From assembly GCA_001938485.1 (NCBI GenBank), contig MQRK01246925.1:1-51964 (forward strand): a DNA stretch of 51,964 nt, given 5' to 3'. Shown piece after piece: positions 1-14,306 of this stretch. The notes beneath the pieces were generated by a model, which saw nothing but the letters and a program-made list of their open reading frames with translations, ran no database searches and was not told where the DNA came from. The DNA comes from Girardia tigrina. Its lineage: Eukaryota. Made by a program: the position numbers and the translations under genes. Positions within the stretch are counted from its first letter, which is position 1, and every line of letters starts with the position of its first letter.

Positions 1-109
1 AAGATTTCAAATAATATCTAACACTAATGCATTTAAACTTATATACATATCAAAGTAGATAAACAAAGTATAAAGCTCAAAAACCGCCATTATTTTTCGA
101 CCAACCTAA
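1..109 (-). mobile_element. 5' end (TIR) of a cecropia/Hsmar1-type mariner, continuing off the left edge
   Basis: Near-identical to 40158-40266; ends ...ccgccattatttttcgaccaacctaa followed by TA (110-111). Confidence 0.85.
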
Positions 110-291
110 TATATGTAATAAATTTGAATTATTTAAAAATATGACCAAGACTCAAATTCAAATTCAGCTCTTCAGTCACATATGAAGGGTCTTTTTCTAG
201 TTGTATATTATAAAGATATTATTGAAGGTTATTACATTTAAAATTTAGAGTATAAATAATGAATAATTTTCTTTTTCGTGATGATTCTTAC

Positions 292-466
292 CAGTGAATA
301 ATATTTATATGCTTCTTCACAATGCATCTTCACCCCCAATCCCAAATGTAAGCAACGAGCAAATATAAAACATGCTACGGAAATACCTTTCCGAAGATAT
401 TCTTCAATTATAATGCTTGAATGTTTTGCTAATTTGATTATATCACTTTCATTTATTTGAGAAACT
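292..466 (-). CDS. LRP2BP: LRP2-binding protein (Sel1 repeats), coding exon 6; the final exon is outside the window
   Basis: ttcag acceptor and gtaag donor; 175 nt, phase fits exon 5. Encodes (K)VSQINESDIIKLAKHSSIIIEEYLRKGISVACFIFARCLHLGLGVKMHCEEAYKYYSL, matching the LRP2BP C-terminal ARCLxLGLG segment. Confidence 0.9.
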
Positions 467-1112
467 CTGAATCAAAATATATAAAAGTAAAACAATGTAA
501 GAATCAATAAAATATTAATTATTTTTAATAGTTCTGACGAAAGAAATAAAATGACAATAAAAGATAATTAATTACAATGCAGGTAAAAATTGATCTATAC
601 TAATAACAATTTACAATTATATTTTTGCTCACAAATTATCAATCCATTGACTCTTGAAACTTTTCATTTCGTCCCCATCAAACTTATTTAATATTTACAA
701 AATGATGATAAAATGATGATAAATCAGAAAGATAGATCAATTATACAAATCATCGCTCATATTTGCGATATGTTTAAATAATGTAGAATACGACATGACA
801 TTCATAAGAAGCGTTTGGAAAAACCATCTTCATCAACAAACATTACAAAAAGCAAAAAACTGTTAAAAACCCTAAACTCATCCACACGGAAATCTAAACG
901 GTAATCCTCTTGTTCCACCCGATCTCCCAGTTGACAATGGTGATAGTATAGGTGCATAGTTCTGGAAAAAGAGCTCAGACTCAATGTACTAGGCCCATTG
1001 TAATTTAGATTTATTCAAGGAGATTATTTTTTTAATTAAAGTCAAAAATTTTTGAGTCAAAAACTTGAGTCAGAATTTCAAAAAATGTATTGGTTTCAAA
1101 ATTATTCGTCAC

Positions 1113-1202
1113 TGTTAGGAGCTTTGTTGAGGTCATAAACTTTCAAATTTAAAATCGTTGTTAGGAGCTTTGTTGAGGTCATAAACTTTCAAATTTAAAA
1201 TC
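1113..1202 (+). repeat. Tandem duplication, 46-bp unit x2
   Basis: tgttaggagctttgttgaggtcataaactttcaaatttaaaatc occurs at 1113 and 1159. Confidence 0.85.
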
Positions 1203-3004
1203 TGATCAATTTAATAATGAAATAATTACATTTCGAAAAGTAGATTATGGTAAAATAAAATTTTTATAAATAGTGTAAAAAATCAATTTATATCATACTA
1301 ATTTTTAATGGTTTTACACAAAATCCATAAACAGATTTCTTAATAAAGTAAATTTTAATTCTATATGAAATATAAATTTAATATTTGGGAAATAAACTAA
1401 AAAATTATTTTGTAACTTTTATTTAAACATAAAACAAATCCAAATCATATGAATTCATAAATTTTAAATTAAAATATAATTGTTTTAAGACAAAATGAAA
1501 ATATAACTTTCATTAAAAAAGCATTAAATGAAAACAACTGAAATTATAATTTTATTTTATTTTAAAAGGCAAATTTAAAAGTTGTTTAATTAAACTAAAA
1601 TTGTGATTTTTTTATTGTAAAACGTTATTTTATCAAAATCTAAATATAATTTTCGAATGATTACATTGAAGTAAATGCGATTTTAATTTTTTTTAATTAT
1701 GATTCTATAGAAAGGGAAATGCAATTGAGAAACAGTTAAATTTAAATGTAAAATAAAATAGAAATTTAATAAAAGATGCAACAAAATCTTTGTGACAAAA
1801 TTTTAATAAAATACCTTTGTAATTTTAACAAAAAAACGAGTATTTATATCAAACAAACAATATACTTGTTGTCATTAAAAGAATACCTCAAAATTTTTGT
1901 ATCACAAAGCATATTAAAATAAGTTAATAAATCATTATCATTTTTAAAGAACAAAATTAATGATAAAAAATGAGTCAAGTATAAAAATCCCTAGAGAATA
2001 AGATCTCTAATAGCGATAAAATCTTTTTTTATCAATGAGAGTATAATTAATAAAAATAATAATAATTATTAACAACACAAACAAGATCATCATTACAAAT
2101 ACTCTATGTCGTTTTTAAGAGAATTAACAAACAAAAATTGTCTGTGAACTTTCTTAAACAACAAAATGACAAAAATATCATTTATGTAATCGTTTAATAA
2201 ATAATATATTAAAATATATAAACTAACAAAGAAGAGTGATGGACAGATAATCACAAAAAAACAGCTAGGTCGCACAGAAAAATGTAAACTTTGAACCGGA
2301 AAACAAAGAAAAATAAATAACTTTGGTTCGGTTGAGGAGTGAGATTAAATTGAAGGTGCTCAAATGACTCGAGGTTAAATATAAAACTTGTATTTGTCTT
2401 TACGATACCAAAGTGTATATTGTGGTATTGAATGCGATTTGAATGAATTTTCCGAATGGTTTTGAGCAAGGAACAATTTTGTACATTTTGCAGTGCGAGT
2501 TTTAATTTTATTTTTATAGGCGATATTTATTTGAATATTTAATTTTTCTATCGATGCTAAGAGCCTTCCAGGGGGAGTGGATGAGTGAATACCTTGAATT
2601 TTATCATAAATATAAATATCGTGTAATGAATATTTTATCATTCAATCTGAATTATTAAAATTTCTTAATTGATAAGTTTTTTTTGAATAATTATTTCACC
2701 TACAAACAATAATGGAAAAAAAATAAAATAATTATATTCAGTTTTCTGAAACCCAATTGTTTAAAATTAATAAAATATCTTTTTTAAATTTAATTAAATA
2801 AAATTGATATTAAGATTTTAAATTAAATTACAAAATTTTAGATTTTGAAATTTTATATTAGATGGTTTTTAATTTAATTCTTATTTAAACTTCGAACTTT
2901 TAGAATTACTTTCCAATAATTAATTAAATGATATCAATAAATCATCTGAAGAGGAGACTCAACAATTTAAAATAAATAATATTTAGTAAAAAAAATTTTA
3001 AAAA

Positions 3005-3065
3005 CCTTGCCTTCATTTTCCATTGTGTTTGCAAATGATTTTGGTGTATATTGACAACATGTTTT
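3005..3065 (+). mobile_element. Terminus of an unclassified TIR-type repeat (CCTTGCCTTCAT family)
   Basis: ccttgccttcattttccattgtgtttgcaaatgattttggtgtatattgacaacat recurs at ~8558-8612, with an inverted counterpart at ~9285-9316. Confidence 0.55.
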
Positions 3066-3357
3066 CATTTTCGATTTTATTTACATATTTGTGTACATAT
3101 TGATACTTTACCTGTTCCCATTTCATGAGAACTTGGTATTGACATTTGAGACTTACCCTTTCAATGTTGCGATGAATTTTTCCCTCGATTTCATCACTAG
3201 ATCCAAATGATAGCGATGAATCCCAAATCAGCATCAATCAATTAAAATATTTTTCTTTATAATTTATTTTGGCCTTGAGAAAGACCATTTATTGTGGTCT
3301 TATGAAAGACCGTTGACGTTCCATATGCTTAAAAGTTCGGTATATTCTCAATATTAT

Positions 3358-3710
3358 TGTGAGGGATAATTTGGAATGTTGTATGTTTGTTGTTTGTATG
3401 CTGTTTAGATTTGTGACTCTCCTACTCAGATGGGATTGACATGTTTAATGATTGATTATTTGAATCTAATGAAATTAATTTAATGATATTAATTTTAAGT
3501 ACTAATATAATAATATTTTAATAATATTTTCAGTAAACGATTTTAATTTATTAAATTTAATGTATTTTAAAAATTAATGTTTATTTAAAAAATTACATAA
3601 TGTCTTTTTATCCAATAAAATTATGAGAAATTAAAATGTAATATTAAAATTTCCCATTCATTGATTTTTTTTATATTTGAAGATGTAATCATAAACTATA
3701 TTAATCAAAG
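3358..3710 (+). repeat. Dispersed TGTGAGG...CCCAGATGGA repeat, copy 1
   Basis: tgtgagggataatttggaatgttgtatg...ctcctactcagatggga aligns by eye with the other seven copies. Confidence 0.75.
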
Positions 3711-5157
3711 AAAGATGACCAATGAAAATTGTTGTGAAGAATCTGTTTGTGTGTCAATAAATGTTTGCATTAAAATTGTATTGTTGTTAATAATTATTAT
3801 GTAAAGGACCACATGTAATTATTTAATGGACCATTCTTCTTTGCTGAACATATAAATTGTGAGTCTTATATTCCCATTCAAAGAAATGGGTCTCATTACA
3901 ACTTGAAATTTTTGATGAAAGACACATTGTACGATTCCAATAGGATGACGTGTCTGTCCATTTCGTCCCAGTGGTAATAGTGAGCCGAAGGATATTTTCC
4001 TAATTTGATTTAGGACTTGGTAATAAAGGAATGTTTTCCTCGTTTACTAAACATTAGCCTCCTTGAATTCTTTTTCTGGTGTATACTAAAAAAAGGTGTT
4101 CCAAATGTAAATCCTGCAATGAATACAAAATGATTGAACAAACTAAAATTTACAGCTTTGTGAATTTACAGCATCCAGTGAACGGAAAGCTTGGACATCA
4201 CATCACAAATGACAGAAATCGCGTTTCAAGATTTTTTGTAATATTCCAGTTGAATAAGTTGTTGTTAGTAAATTTTATTTTTGCATATTTATTCAGACTT
4301 TAGGGAAACACTACATAAAATTACATTGATAAATATATTTCAGGAAACGTTAAAGATAAATTTAGGAAAACTTTCTACGTAAACAAGATTTTTTTGTTAA
4401 CTAATAAGTTAGAAAGAAACCAAAATAATACATTAAAAAGAACAAAAAAATAATAAAATCATGTTTAAATAAATAAATTTTCCAGTTTTAAAATATAATT
4501 TTTGTTTAACATATAATGACCATTTAAATTTGTTTAAAAAAGCTTTCTAATTCAGTGACTTGAAAAATAATTAGAAATAACAATTAAAAAATGAGTCCTC
4601 GTTAATCCTGGAATGTGTATCTGCTTAGAATAAATTACATGAAACGAATGAAGATACTTTCAGACGCAATTTATACGTTGGTCGTATGCTTGAGAATATA
4701 AATAGAGTAATGCATCAACTCAAAATCCTGTAGAAAGTAATACTGATAGAACAAGAAAGACGTATTGCACATTGAACGTTAGTTTTAGAAAAAATGGGTG
4801 CCAAGGATTTTTTTCTGCGAGACTTTTTATAAAAGAAGTAAATAATTACCGAAAATTCCTGTACATAATTCTAGAACTGAAACGCCCTAATCTATTAAAA
4901 TCAGTCAAGGAACATTGAGAATGGTATTTTATTTTATAGAAAAAAAATATTAGTGAATAATTTTAATATAAATTAAAAAATGTACAGGTAAATAAAATAT
5001 TTGTATATTCTGAGTCGAAAAAGGATTACATTAAAATTGACTTGAAATATGTTTACCTAAAATAACTTTGCCCTCAAATTTTTATAACTGATTTTTTAAA
5101 AATATTTAATATTTAAAAAAATTTTTTTACTAAAATTCTAAATTTTAAAAATAAATA

Positions 5158-5311
5158 CCCTAATTTCTTGTGTATAACCCGCGGGTTATACGAGAAAAAA
5201 AGTAAGTTTTCCCGAAAATTCGAGGATGTGGGTTATACTTTTCATATAAATTTTTGATATTTTTAATGTGCGGGTTATACATTGGTGCGGGTTATATGCA
5301 AGAAATTAGGG
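5158..5311. mobile_element. pogo/Tc2-type MITE (154 bp)
   Basis: 25-bp TIRs ccctaatttcttgtgtataacccgc / gcgggttatatgcaagaaattaggg with 2 mismatches; TA on both flanks; internal gcgggttata repeats. Confidence 0.85.
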
Positions 5312-6353
5312 TAATTAAAAAAAATAAAATTTCACTAAATGAACAAAAAAATTAATTAAAATTCAAAACATCAGCCCATCATAATTAATAATAAAAATCC
5401 AATTAATTTAACATAAAAATATTTTTTATTTTGGAAAATATAAAGTGTTATTTTGTTTTTCAGATTCAAGTCAAACGAATTATTGTTTTAATTAAAATTT
5501 AAAAATAATATTTTTATTTCAATTCTTAAATTAATTTCGATTTTTAATTATTAAACAATCCCACGTGATATTTAATTGAAACTCTAGAAATTAGTAAATA
5601 ATTTATATTTGACGTAGAAACTCTAAATATTCAATAAAAAACTTAATTTATTTAGGAATATTAAAAAATTCCATATAGTTATCTCAAAAAATAAACAAAC
5701 TTCGCGATTATTGAGTAAATTTTATCATAAATAAATTATTTCAAGACAATATTAGAAAATTTACGACTGAGAAATCTGTGATTTTTAATTATAAAAAAAA
5801 ACAATCAAATTGTTTTTAATGAATAAATAAATAAGAGTAACAATAATTTTTAATTATTTATAGCAAAAAAAGTAAGTCATTAACAATCAAAACAAGAAAG
5901 TACCGATTATAAAGAGAAAAAAGAAATGAAAATAATAATTAAAAAGATAACTGGTATAAAAATAACAATATAAATAATTATAAACTTTATGTAAGTTTTT
6001 CCCTTTTTGTTTGTTTTATTTTATGTTTACAAAATAAATAGAAATCTTAGAAAATTACTATTATTATTACAATTATAATAATAATTATTACTATTGTATC
6101 GAAGTATATTTTTTTATATTAAAATAATATATCATCATTTTTTATTTATCTGTTTTAAAAAAAGGCAAGCAATTTTAGAAGTTGGGTTTACTATCAATGT
6201 TATATCAAGATATCCAAGATCTTGATATCCAAATAAAAAAAAACAATATTGTCAATCTCGTAAAAATTCCCTATTCTAAACGAAAATTTTGTCTAATTCA
6301 ACTGTACTATCAAACAGAATCTCAGATAATTATATATATATATATATATATGT

Positions 6354-6583
6354 ATTGGGTTGAGGAATAAATTCCCGCCGTTTTTTGAAAAATTAAAATT
6401 TTATTTTTTAACAAAAAAGTTACTACAAATTAATCACAAATATAATTTCCGCCATTGTTCACGACTTCTTCCCAATGTTCAACGAGTTTTTCAATGCCTC
6501 TTTGGTAGAAATCGCCCGTCTTGACTCGAAAAATTCAGCCAACCAATTGATTAAAAATTGATTAAAAATTCAAAAAACGGCGG
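6354..6583 (-). mobile_element. Internally deleted mariner; the right end runs into an N-gap
   Basis: TIR ttgggttgaggaataaattcccgccgtttttt after TA, with the inverse aaaaaacggcgg before the gap. The minus strand reads DFYQRGIEKLVEHWEEVVNNGGNYICD*, a mariner C-terminus. Confidence 0.8.
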
Positions 6584-6688
6584 NNNNNNNNNNNNNNNNN
6601 NNNNNNNNNNNNNNNNNNNNNNNNNNNNNNNNNNNNNNNNNNNNNNNNNNNNNNNNNNNNNNNNNNNNNNNNNNNNNNNNNNNNNNNN

Positions 6689-6719
<31 letters not shown>

Positions 6720-7356
6720 GTTTTGAACATTTATTTTCAATACAATTTGAATTGTCCTTTGAAGCTTTTATTATCCTTTATTATTATTATCCTTTAAAGC
6801 CAAGCTTTTTTAGAATTTGAAATCGTTCTAAATTGATAAATTTTTGTTTTTTTAATAAACAATTATTCGAATAAATTTTCATTATTTTCATATTTTATTT
6901 TAATTTTAAAATTTTAGTAATAATTTCATCTACATATTAACTTTATTTTAAAAATGATTTTATTTAATAAAAAAAACATTTAATTAATCAATTTGAAAAT
7001 TAGTTAAAAGTTATTTACTCTATGGAATTTAGAAATCTATTTTAGTAGGCCTTTTATTCAATCAATTTTCTCCAATCTTCACACTCACTCATTCTCGATG
7101 ACAATAAATGATCATGTGAAAATTTGATCGAAAAAAAACTTTTTAAGGTCCAAGAATGGGGAAAAAACGGAAATTTCGGAGTTCCAGAACAATATTAAAT
7201 GAAAAATATCTACTTATAGATTATAAGTAGTTTATATTATTCAAATAAATAAAATAAAAAATACATTTTCAAAAAAACAATAAATAATTAAACAATTCTG
7301 TTAGTCAAGTAGAGTTCTTTAGAGGAAAAAAGAATGGATCCCACAATTTAATTAGT

Positions 7357-7632
7357 GACAGGACAAAACATCACTGTACAAAATATCACAAATAGGATTA
7401 GGGTTAGGCGTTATGGTTATAATTATGGTGCTGAAACGTATGGAATCTACATTTAAAATTGAATTAGTTTCAGATAATAAGAAATAAAATATCTGGGTAG
7501 GAAAGACACATTCCGAAAATTCCTCACAATTAACATTTAGATTTTAAATGTCTAAAATATATTGCAATAATTTCAATAATTTTAATGCTTCTAATTGTGA
7601 TATTTCGTCCTAGTGACGTTTGTCCTAGAACC
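7357..7632. mobile_element. Degenerate TIR element (MULE-like MITE) containing a short copy of the TGTGAGG repeat (7491-7528, minus)
   Basis: aggacaaaacatcactgtacaaaatatcacaa is the imperfect inverse of ttgtgatatttcgtcctagtgacgtttgtcct. Confidence 0.5.
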
Positions 7633-8616
7633 ATTAGTTCAAAATTGTTGATTTATTTGATTAGTTATAAAAATAAAAAAGCGAATCCTATAAATTACAA
7701 TCTTAATTTATCAAATCCATTGTGGGTATAGTTAAAATTATAAACAATTATTATTATTATTATTATTAATATTATTATTATACATTTTCATTCATGTAAA
7801 TTTAATTGAAAAAGCAAATGCTTTAAAATCTTTATTGAATATTACATTTGTAACATTTATATCATTTTATTTCATAATTTAATCTTTAATAACTTAAACG
7901 ATTTATTTCAATTTTATTTTCAAATATTAAATCATAGGAAAATTAATGCAATAAATTGTAAGGAAAATGATCCGTTTACAATTACATTTATAAAGTATTA
8001 CGTATCTATAAATAATAATTATAATTTCGGAAAGGAATTTTAAATTGAAATTTTTATATGGAATTTATATAGTTATAAAATGTTTAAATATCACAAAGTA
8101 ATTTTTATTTAATTTTTAAATAATAAATACACTAAAATATAAGCTTCCCTAAGTACCGTTAATTGTCGTTTTTATAATTTTATAATCATATAATTACTAG
8201 ATAATGAGATAAGTTATTTCCGCTTTGCAAAGGTAAAATTTTAAAGGACTGTATTTTATCGAAAAAAAAATTTATTCATTAAAGTATGATTTCCACATTC
8301 TATTACTTTCTCCAAACAGTTTTTTAACACTTACAGATTCACCTTTGATAAAAAATCCAATGTTTAGCTTAGAAAGCTTTCCACGGTCTGCATTATTAAA
8401 TGATAAATGAGTGATAATCGGAAAGAGAAATGTCCAGCAAAAAGGTAGACGTGACTTACCAGTTAAATAATTTTACATTTGGTAGTTTTTGTATTATGAG
8501 GTTTAGTGCTATACTGGTGAAAGAAACAAGTATTTTCATATAAAAATTTTTTTAGAACATTGCCTTCCTTTTTCATGGTGTTTGCAAATGATTTTGGTGT
8601 ATATAGACAACATTTT

Positions 8617-9122
8617 TACCACGTTTTTCTTAGCTTGGTTTCTTGTCTGTCTGTCTGTTTGTCTGTCTGGAACAAATCTTGCGATTGATTTTTCGACCAC
8701 TTTCAGTCATCCAATTGAGCTGATTTTTATACAGGCTTGCTTCCGATGACAATACAATATTTTAAAACATTTACTTTACGGATGTACGAAAAAAATTAAT
8801 AAATTGAACAAATATTGTGAAAATCATGTGATAATTAAGTGTAGAAGTATTAAAATTAGGTTTAAAAATTATTTTGAAATAAAACTTGCTTTTATTAAAA
8901 TAAAACTTNNNNNNNNNNNNNNNNNNNNNNNNNNNNNNNNNNNNNNNNNNNNNNNNNNNNNNNNNNNNNNNNNNNNNNNNNNNNNNNNNNNNNNNNNNNN
9001 NNNNNNNNNNNNNNNNNNNNNNNNNNNNNNNNNNNNNNNTAGGTATAAAATTTCGCACATGTCTAGAAAAAAAATTATTTTCCTCTTTTTAGTGCATTGG
9101 TAATGCTTGAAAAACGTGGTTG
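8617..9122 (+). mobile_element. HINE/DINE-1-like (Helentron-associated) non-autonomous element nested in the CCTTGCCTTCAT element
   Basis: Subterminal inverted repeats accacgttttt / aaaaacgtggt, a (GTCT)n microsatellite near the 5' end, a small gcatt-ggt-aatgc hairpin and T-rich flanks; spans an N-gap. Confidence 0.55.
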
Positions 9123-12100
9123 TTTTTATAAAAAATTATTTTTATTAATAATATTATTGATTTATTTTTATTTCACTGAATTTTAATTAATTCCGCTTTT
9201 GAATAATTATTTTGTGCACTTGCCTTCGATTTGAAAACATTCGTGTATCTTCGTGTTTTGCATCAAGATAACAAGAAAGAAAGATCATTCGTTTGCAAAG
9301 GAAGATGAAGGCAAGGAAAAATTGTCAGTTAAGCGTTATGTTTCATGTGCAATTTATTTTACAATATAGAAAGTTTGGCACCGTAGATACCAGTTGTAAT
9401 GGTTTCTCTTACATTCATGTGTATTCGTAATGAATAATTCTGACAGAGGTTGATCACATATACCATGATGTTTTTAGGTTTATAACTTTATGTTATTGGT
9501 TCCTTTAACCCTAACCCGTGATGAGACTTCGTCAAATTCGAGTACTTTAACCATTGTTCATCGTCACTTAAAATTCGATTAAAAAGACTAACCTTTGAAT
9601 TTGGAAATAAGCGAGTTGAATATTAGTCTGTCATTGTATGAGATTTATTTGGTGGATCAATTCATTTTGTGTACATCATTGAAGCTTCCATTTTTCGCGA
9701 ATTTTCGAATAAGAAAAAAAGTCTCTATTTTATTTAGTTTGACGGTATATGCATGTGCGTGTATGTTTATCCCATCTCTTTATTTTAGTTATTTAATTTA
9801 TTTACTTATTTAATTTATTAAATCTTTCCTAACTGCCAAAATGTTCAGTTAAATATTTAATTTTCCGCCCTACAAGGTCAAATGCCTAATTTTCGCAGTT
9901 TTACTCTTGTAAACTTAAATATAGCGATGGATTTTAATTACTGATGCATGTCTAAGGTCAATCAAGGTTGCACAAGAACAGTAAATGCCTGCCCAAGTAA
10001 ATCCAAGATTCAACACCTAAAATTTGAATTAAGACTAAGTCGATGGAGAAATTCATGTCATCCTTGATTTTGAGTCAAATAGTCGTGATATTAGCTAAAG
10101 ATCATTTAACATCATCCATGGTCATTTTAGAACATAGATTATATCTCGATATTAACGCTTTATTTTTCTATTGAATAATCAAAGAAAATATAATTTAGTT
10201 TTTAAAAATATTCACTGTAGAATATTGATGTTTTTATAACACTATTTAATAGGTAAATCTCAGCATTACATACTAATAGTAGTATAATATGATATTCGCA
10301 GTAAAAAAAGGTGATCTATAAAAGAGGAAATTGACTGAACGTCACTTACTGCTGGAATTACAAATTTATATTATTTTTAGATTATTATGACGTAAAAATT
10401 GATTTCGTCACTTACATTAAATGTTGTTTGATGGACCTCTATCCCCCTTCCCCTACAGTTGAAGTAAACTCCCAATATCTTTTTTTTGTTACTGACCGGT
10501 GTTTTAGTAAAGAAAGTTTTAGGTTATTTTAGCCTGAAGACGGAATTTCATCAAACCGAGTTTCCCGGAAACACTGCGTGGAAGTAAGCCCGACTGGCTT
10601 ACTCAGCAGACCCCGAAATGTTGTGGGGTAACTTCGTAACATGAATTTGTTTAAAATTATTTTCAAATGCTAATATTATATTAAATCATCTTTTTGGAGT
10701 CACTTGTTTTCAAAGTACGTGAGATATCGTTTGTGATTTTATTTCTAAATTTTTTTTTATAAATTACAAGCAATTATATCGAAATTTGCGTTCTTTCAAA
10801 ACACTACGTTTTTTGACAAAACTTCTATTGTATTAGAGTAGACTTTAAATTACCAAACCAAGAACGAATTATGCTGTTTTGGACGTACATTTCAATGGCG
10901 TAAAAGCAATAACTAAAGTAAGAATAAATGTTTCTGAAGAGTATTTTAACTGATAACAGCAGCATTAAATATGAAACAGGTCATTACAATTCGATTCCTA
11001 TCGATAAACTGTTGAAGGGGATAATAATATTTATAAAATGGGAAACGTAAAGAAAGTACTTATTTTTTACATGATATTTTCAACCGTTATTTTTTCTTAT
11101 TCTTTCTTGTTATGAAAATCTTTTTAATAAGTATAATTGAACAATTTATATAGGTTTCTCATAGGTTTATGTATGATAATCTCAGGCATAAATCCCGAAG
11201 CCGGAAAAAAATATCTACAACTTTCCGAACTTTGGTTACATGTTTTCTGTATATATTTGAGAAGGATGTCCCATAATCTCAGTCACAAAATCCAAGACAA
11301 ATCTTGTTTGGGGAAATTTAATTTCTCTTTAGAAAAACTTCTCAAAGAGGATCTTTTCTTTTTATCAACATTGATATTGTAATAGTGGAATTAATTTTGA
11401 AAAAAATATTTTGCTATTTTTCACAAGAAAACAGTGATTTCTGTCAGTATTGTCAACTAATAATATCGAATATGGGAGAGAATTCGACTCATGGTTAATT
11501 CCTTTTCTCTATCTAAATATTTATTAATTGATCACATGAAAGGAAATGTCATTTCCACTCTACATTCACTTGAAATAATAATTATTAATGAACATTAAAA
11601 CTGATTTTATACAATATTTATGAAATGAATTGCCGCCTAATAATATTTTTTCTTAAATAATAATAATAATTATTATTATTATTATAGAAATTCTTTATAT
11701 ATTAATAATATTATAATTATAATTTTTATTGTTTTTATTTATTGTTTTTAATTTATTGTTTTAATCGATGAAATTAATTTAAATATCGATAAATCAAAAT
11801 TTTTAAAACTTATAATTTATTAAATAACTTTGTTACTGTTCATTTTAAGAAATATGTTTACTTCAAAAAAGTTGTTTAAAATAGAATAATCTATAAAATG
11901 AGTCATTATTTGAATTGTTTTTCCAAAATTTTTTGAAAACTTTGTTACGTGATTTGTTATATGATGCTAGATTTTTAAAAAAATTTTATTGGTCAATATT
12001 CAATATATAGACCCTAAACTTCAATTTAACATCAAAATTAGTGAAGGCATACCCTGTGGGACACCTTGTATTTTCAATATAGTGAATAGTCATATCTTAA

Positions 12101-13309
12101 ATGAAGTCATTCATTCCATTCTAAAATAGCCAAGTAATGAAATGTCTCTGTAAGTTGTGTCGAAATCATTTTCGATATTTGAATTAGGCTTCATAGTTTT
12201 CAAAATTTGTTATTAGCACAAATTAATAACTTTAATAAAAAATTTTCAATTTTCTTTTAATTATTAATTCGCCGGGATTTATCTTAACAATCAAATTCTG
12301 ATTAAACTTCACTAAACTGAAACTTAAAAAATAATATCTAAATCGATTAAAATTTTGTCTAAAATAATACACATTTTTAAAGAGAAATAAACATGTAAAT
12401 GATCATGTTTTCAAAAATTATTTAACTACGCGAATGTATATAATATATATAATTGTTAGTTAGATTATATATGCATAGTATAATGAACAATAATTTGAAA
12501 TTTTTAGAATAAACATTTGTTAAAGCATTTTTCAAAAAATCAACATTGAACATGTTTGATCATCTTCAGCAACCTTATTTGTGTTTTAATTTATTTTGTT
12601 TTATTATTATTTGTTTTTTTTATAAAATAAATAGTAAAAACTAGTTTTCCAATAATATTCAAGTACAATTTTCTTGGTTAAAATTTAATTTATTTTAAAT
12701 TTTATTTAATTTTATTTATTTAAAGATATTTAATATCGAGGCGGCTTTGCTTTTCCTATTTCGGATGTTAATGTGTTATCTTGTCATCTATCGATGAAGT
12801 TCGATTTTTGCAAACATCTGCAGTGATCATGAACCTTACTCGATCTACTCGATTGGGAGTGGTCTATAATCCATTTATATTATAAAAAGTAAATAGATTA
12901 TTTAAACAAAAAGAAACAAATAAATAAAAAGCACAATGAAAATTAGTGAAGATAGTAAAAATTGTGATATAAACACACATATATAATTTGAATAATCATT
13001 TATTAATTCTTAACAGTACATCATCAGATGGTTCATCCATTGTATTAGGTTCGTGATTAAAATTGGAAGTCATAATTTTGTAAACTTTATTTCTACTTCA
13101 ATTTTCATTATTGAAACAAATTTATGAGGAACATAATCCATTTATGATTACATAATCCAGATCTCAAAATTCTAAATATAAATAATATCGATAAATATAC
13201 AAATATGTTATTTTATTCAATTTTGTATAAATCATACGTTGTTTTTTGCTTTATTAATTTTTTACAATGTTTATTAATTGAAATCTAAATTTAGATTTTT
13301 AAAAAAATA

Positions 13310-13409
13310 TTAGGTGTACAACTAATTAATTTCGTATTTTTTTCACTTTTATACTTAAATAAATGGTTTTTTAACAAAAAAATATGAAATTAATTAGTTG
13401 TACACCAAA
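13310..13409. mobile_element. Mariner-derived MITE (100 bp)
   Basis: ~30-bp TIRs ttaggtgtacaactaattaatttcgtattttt / aaaaatatgaaattaattagttgtacaccaaa; TA on both flanks. Confidence 0.85.
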
Positions 13410-14305
13410 TATTTTTTAAAAATTCAATTCTTCAATGTTTTTTTGATTTTTAATCATTCGATGAAAAATTATTTTTAATAAAAATCTTTTATTTGTTTTT
13501 AATAAAATTGCATTCTTTTTAAAATTTATTTTACTTAATATTGATTTTATACATTAAAAAGTATTATGATTTTATTTTAAATAGTGTTACAAAATATATC
13601 AAAATCTTCTTTACAATATTCTTTAACTTCGAAGATGATATTTAATTGTAAATTTTTTTAAAACTTCATTTTTATAAAAATTTGTCCCAATTTAATTAAA
13701 ATATTATCATTACTCTAAAATTTTTTAAAAACTTATTTCATTTTAATTAGTAATATACTATCTGTGAAATATAATTTTTACAAAAATTATATCGATTTAA
13801 TTAGTAGAAATGTTACTATAAAATATATTTTTTTAAAAATCTTATTTATTTTAATTAAAAATATATTATCTATAACTTAAATTTTTATTTTAAAGAATTA
13901 TTTCATTTTAATTAATCGACATTATTTTGACTTTATCTAAAATATAAATATGATTTTTTTAAAAATATAAAAATATCAAAAATTTAAAGTTCACCAAAAG
14001 TAGTCGCAACACATTGAAAGAACAAAATTAAATGATTTCTTTCCCTAATTTACAAGTAATTTGCTTTCATACCACCTTGTGATTTAGTTTTATTAATTAA
14101 ATAGTTAAAATTTTGATCAATTAAAAATACAATTGTAGTTGCAACACCTACTAGAACTACTTTACAATCGTTAGCTCTTTTCAAACACTATAAATTTCTA
14201 TTAAGACATCACTGAATTGGTATTTATTTCAATATTTTGCTTCACATTGAATTTATAAATAATATTAATAATGATTAATAATGACACAAATGTCATAAAG
14301 CACTC

Positions 14306-14306
<1 letters not shown>

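Noticed and set aside
2946-2965. ctgaagaggagactcaac as a hammerhead
   Set aside because: No GAAA box and no stems I/III.
802-4920. Short ORFs at 802-984, 2093-2641, 3013-3237 and 4079-4303
   Set aside because: No recognisable motifs or splice-consistent structure; probably decayed repeats.
7396-7410. TTAGGG-like motifs (also ~9506 and ~27755) as interstitial telomere
   Set aside because: Only 1-2 units, expected by chance or inside transposons.
6558-9103. ORFs containing long X runs (also 39611-40084 and 47018-47267)
   Set aside because: Artefacts of N-gaps.
9516-9545. gtgatgagacttcgtcaaa as a hammerhead
   Set aside because: Both core boxes are mutated and stems I/III cannot be formed.
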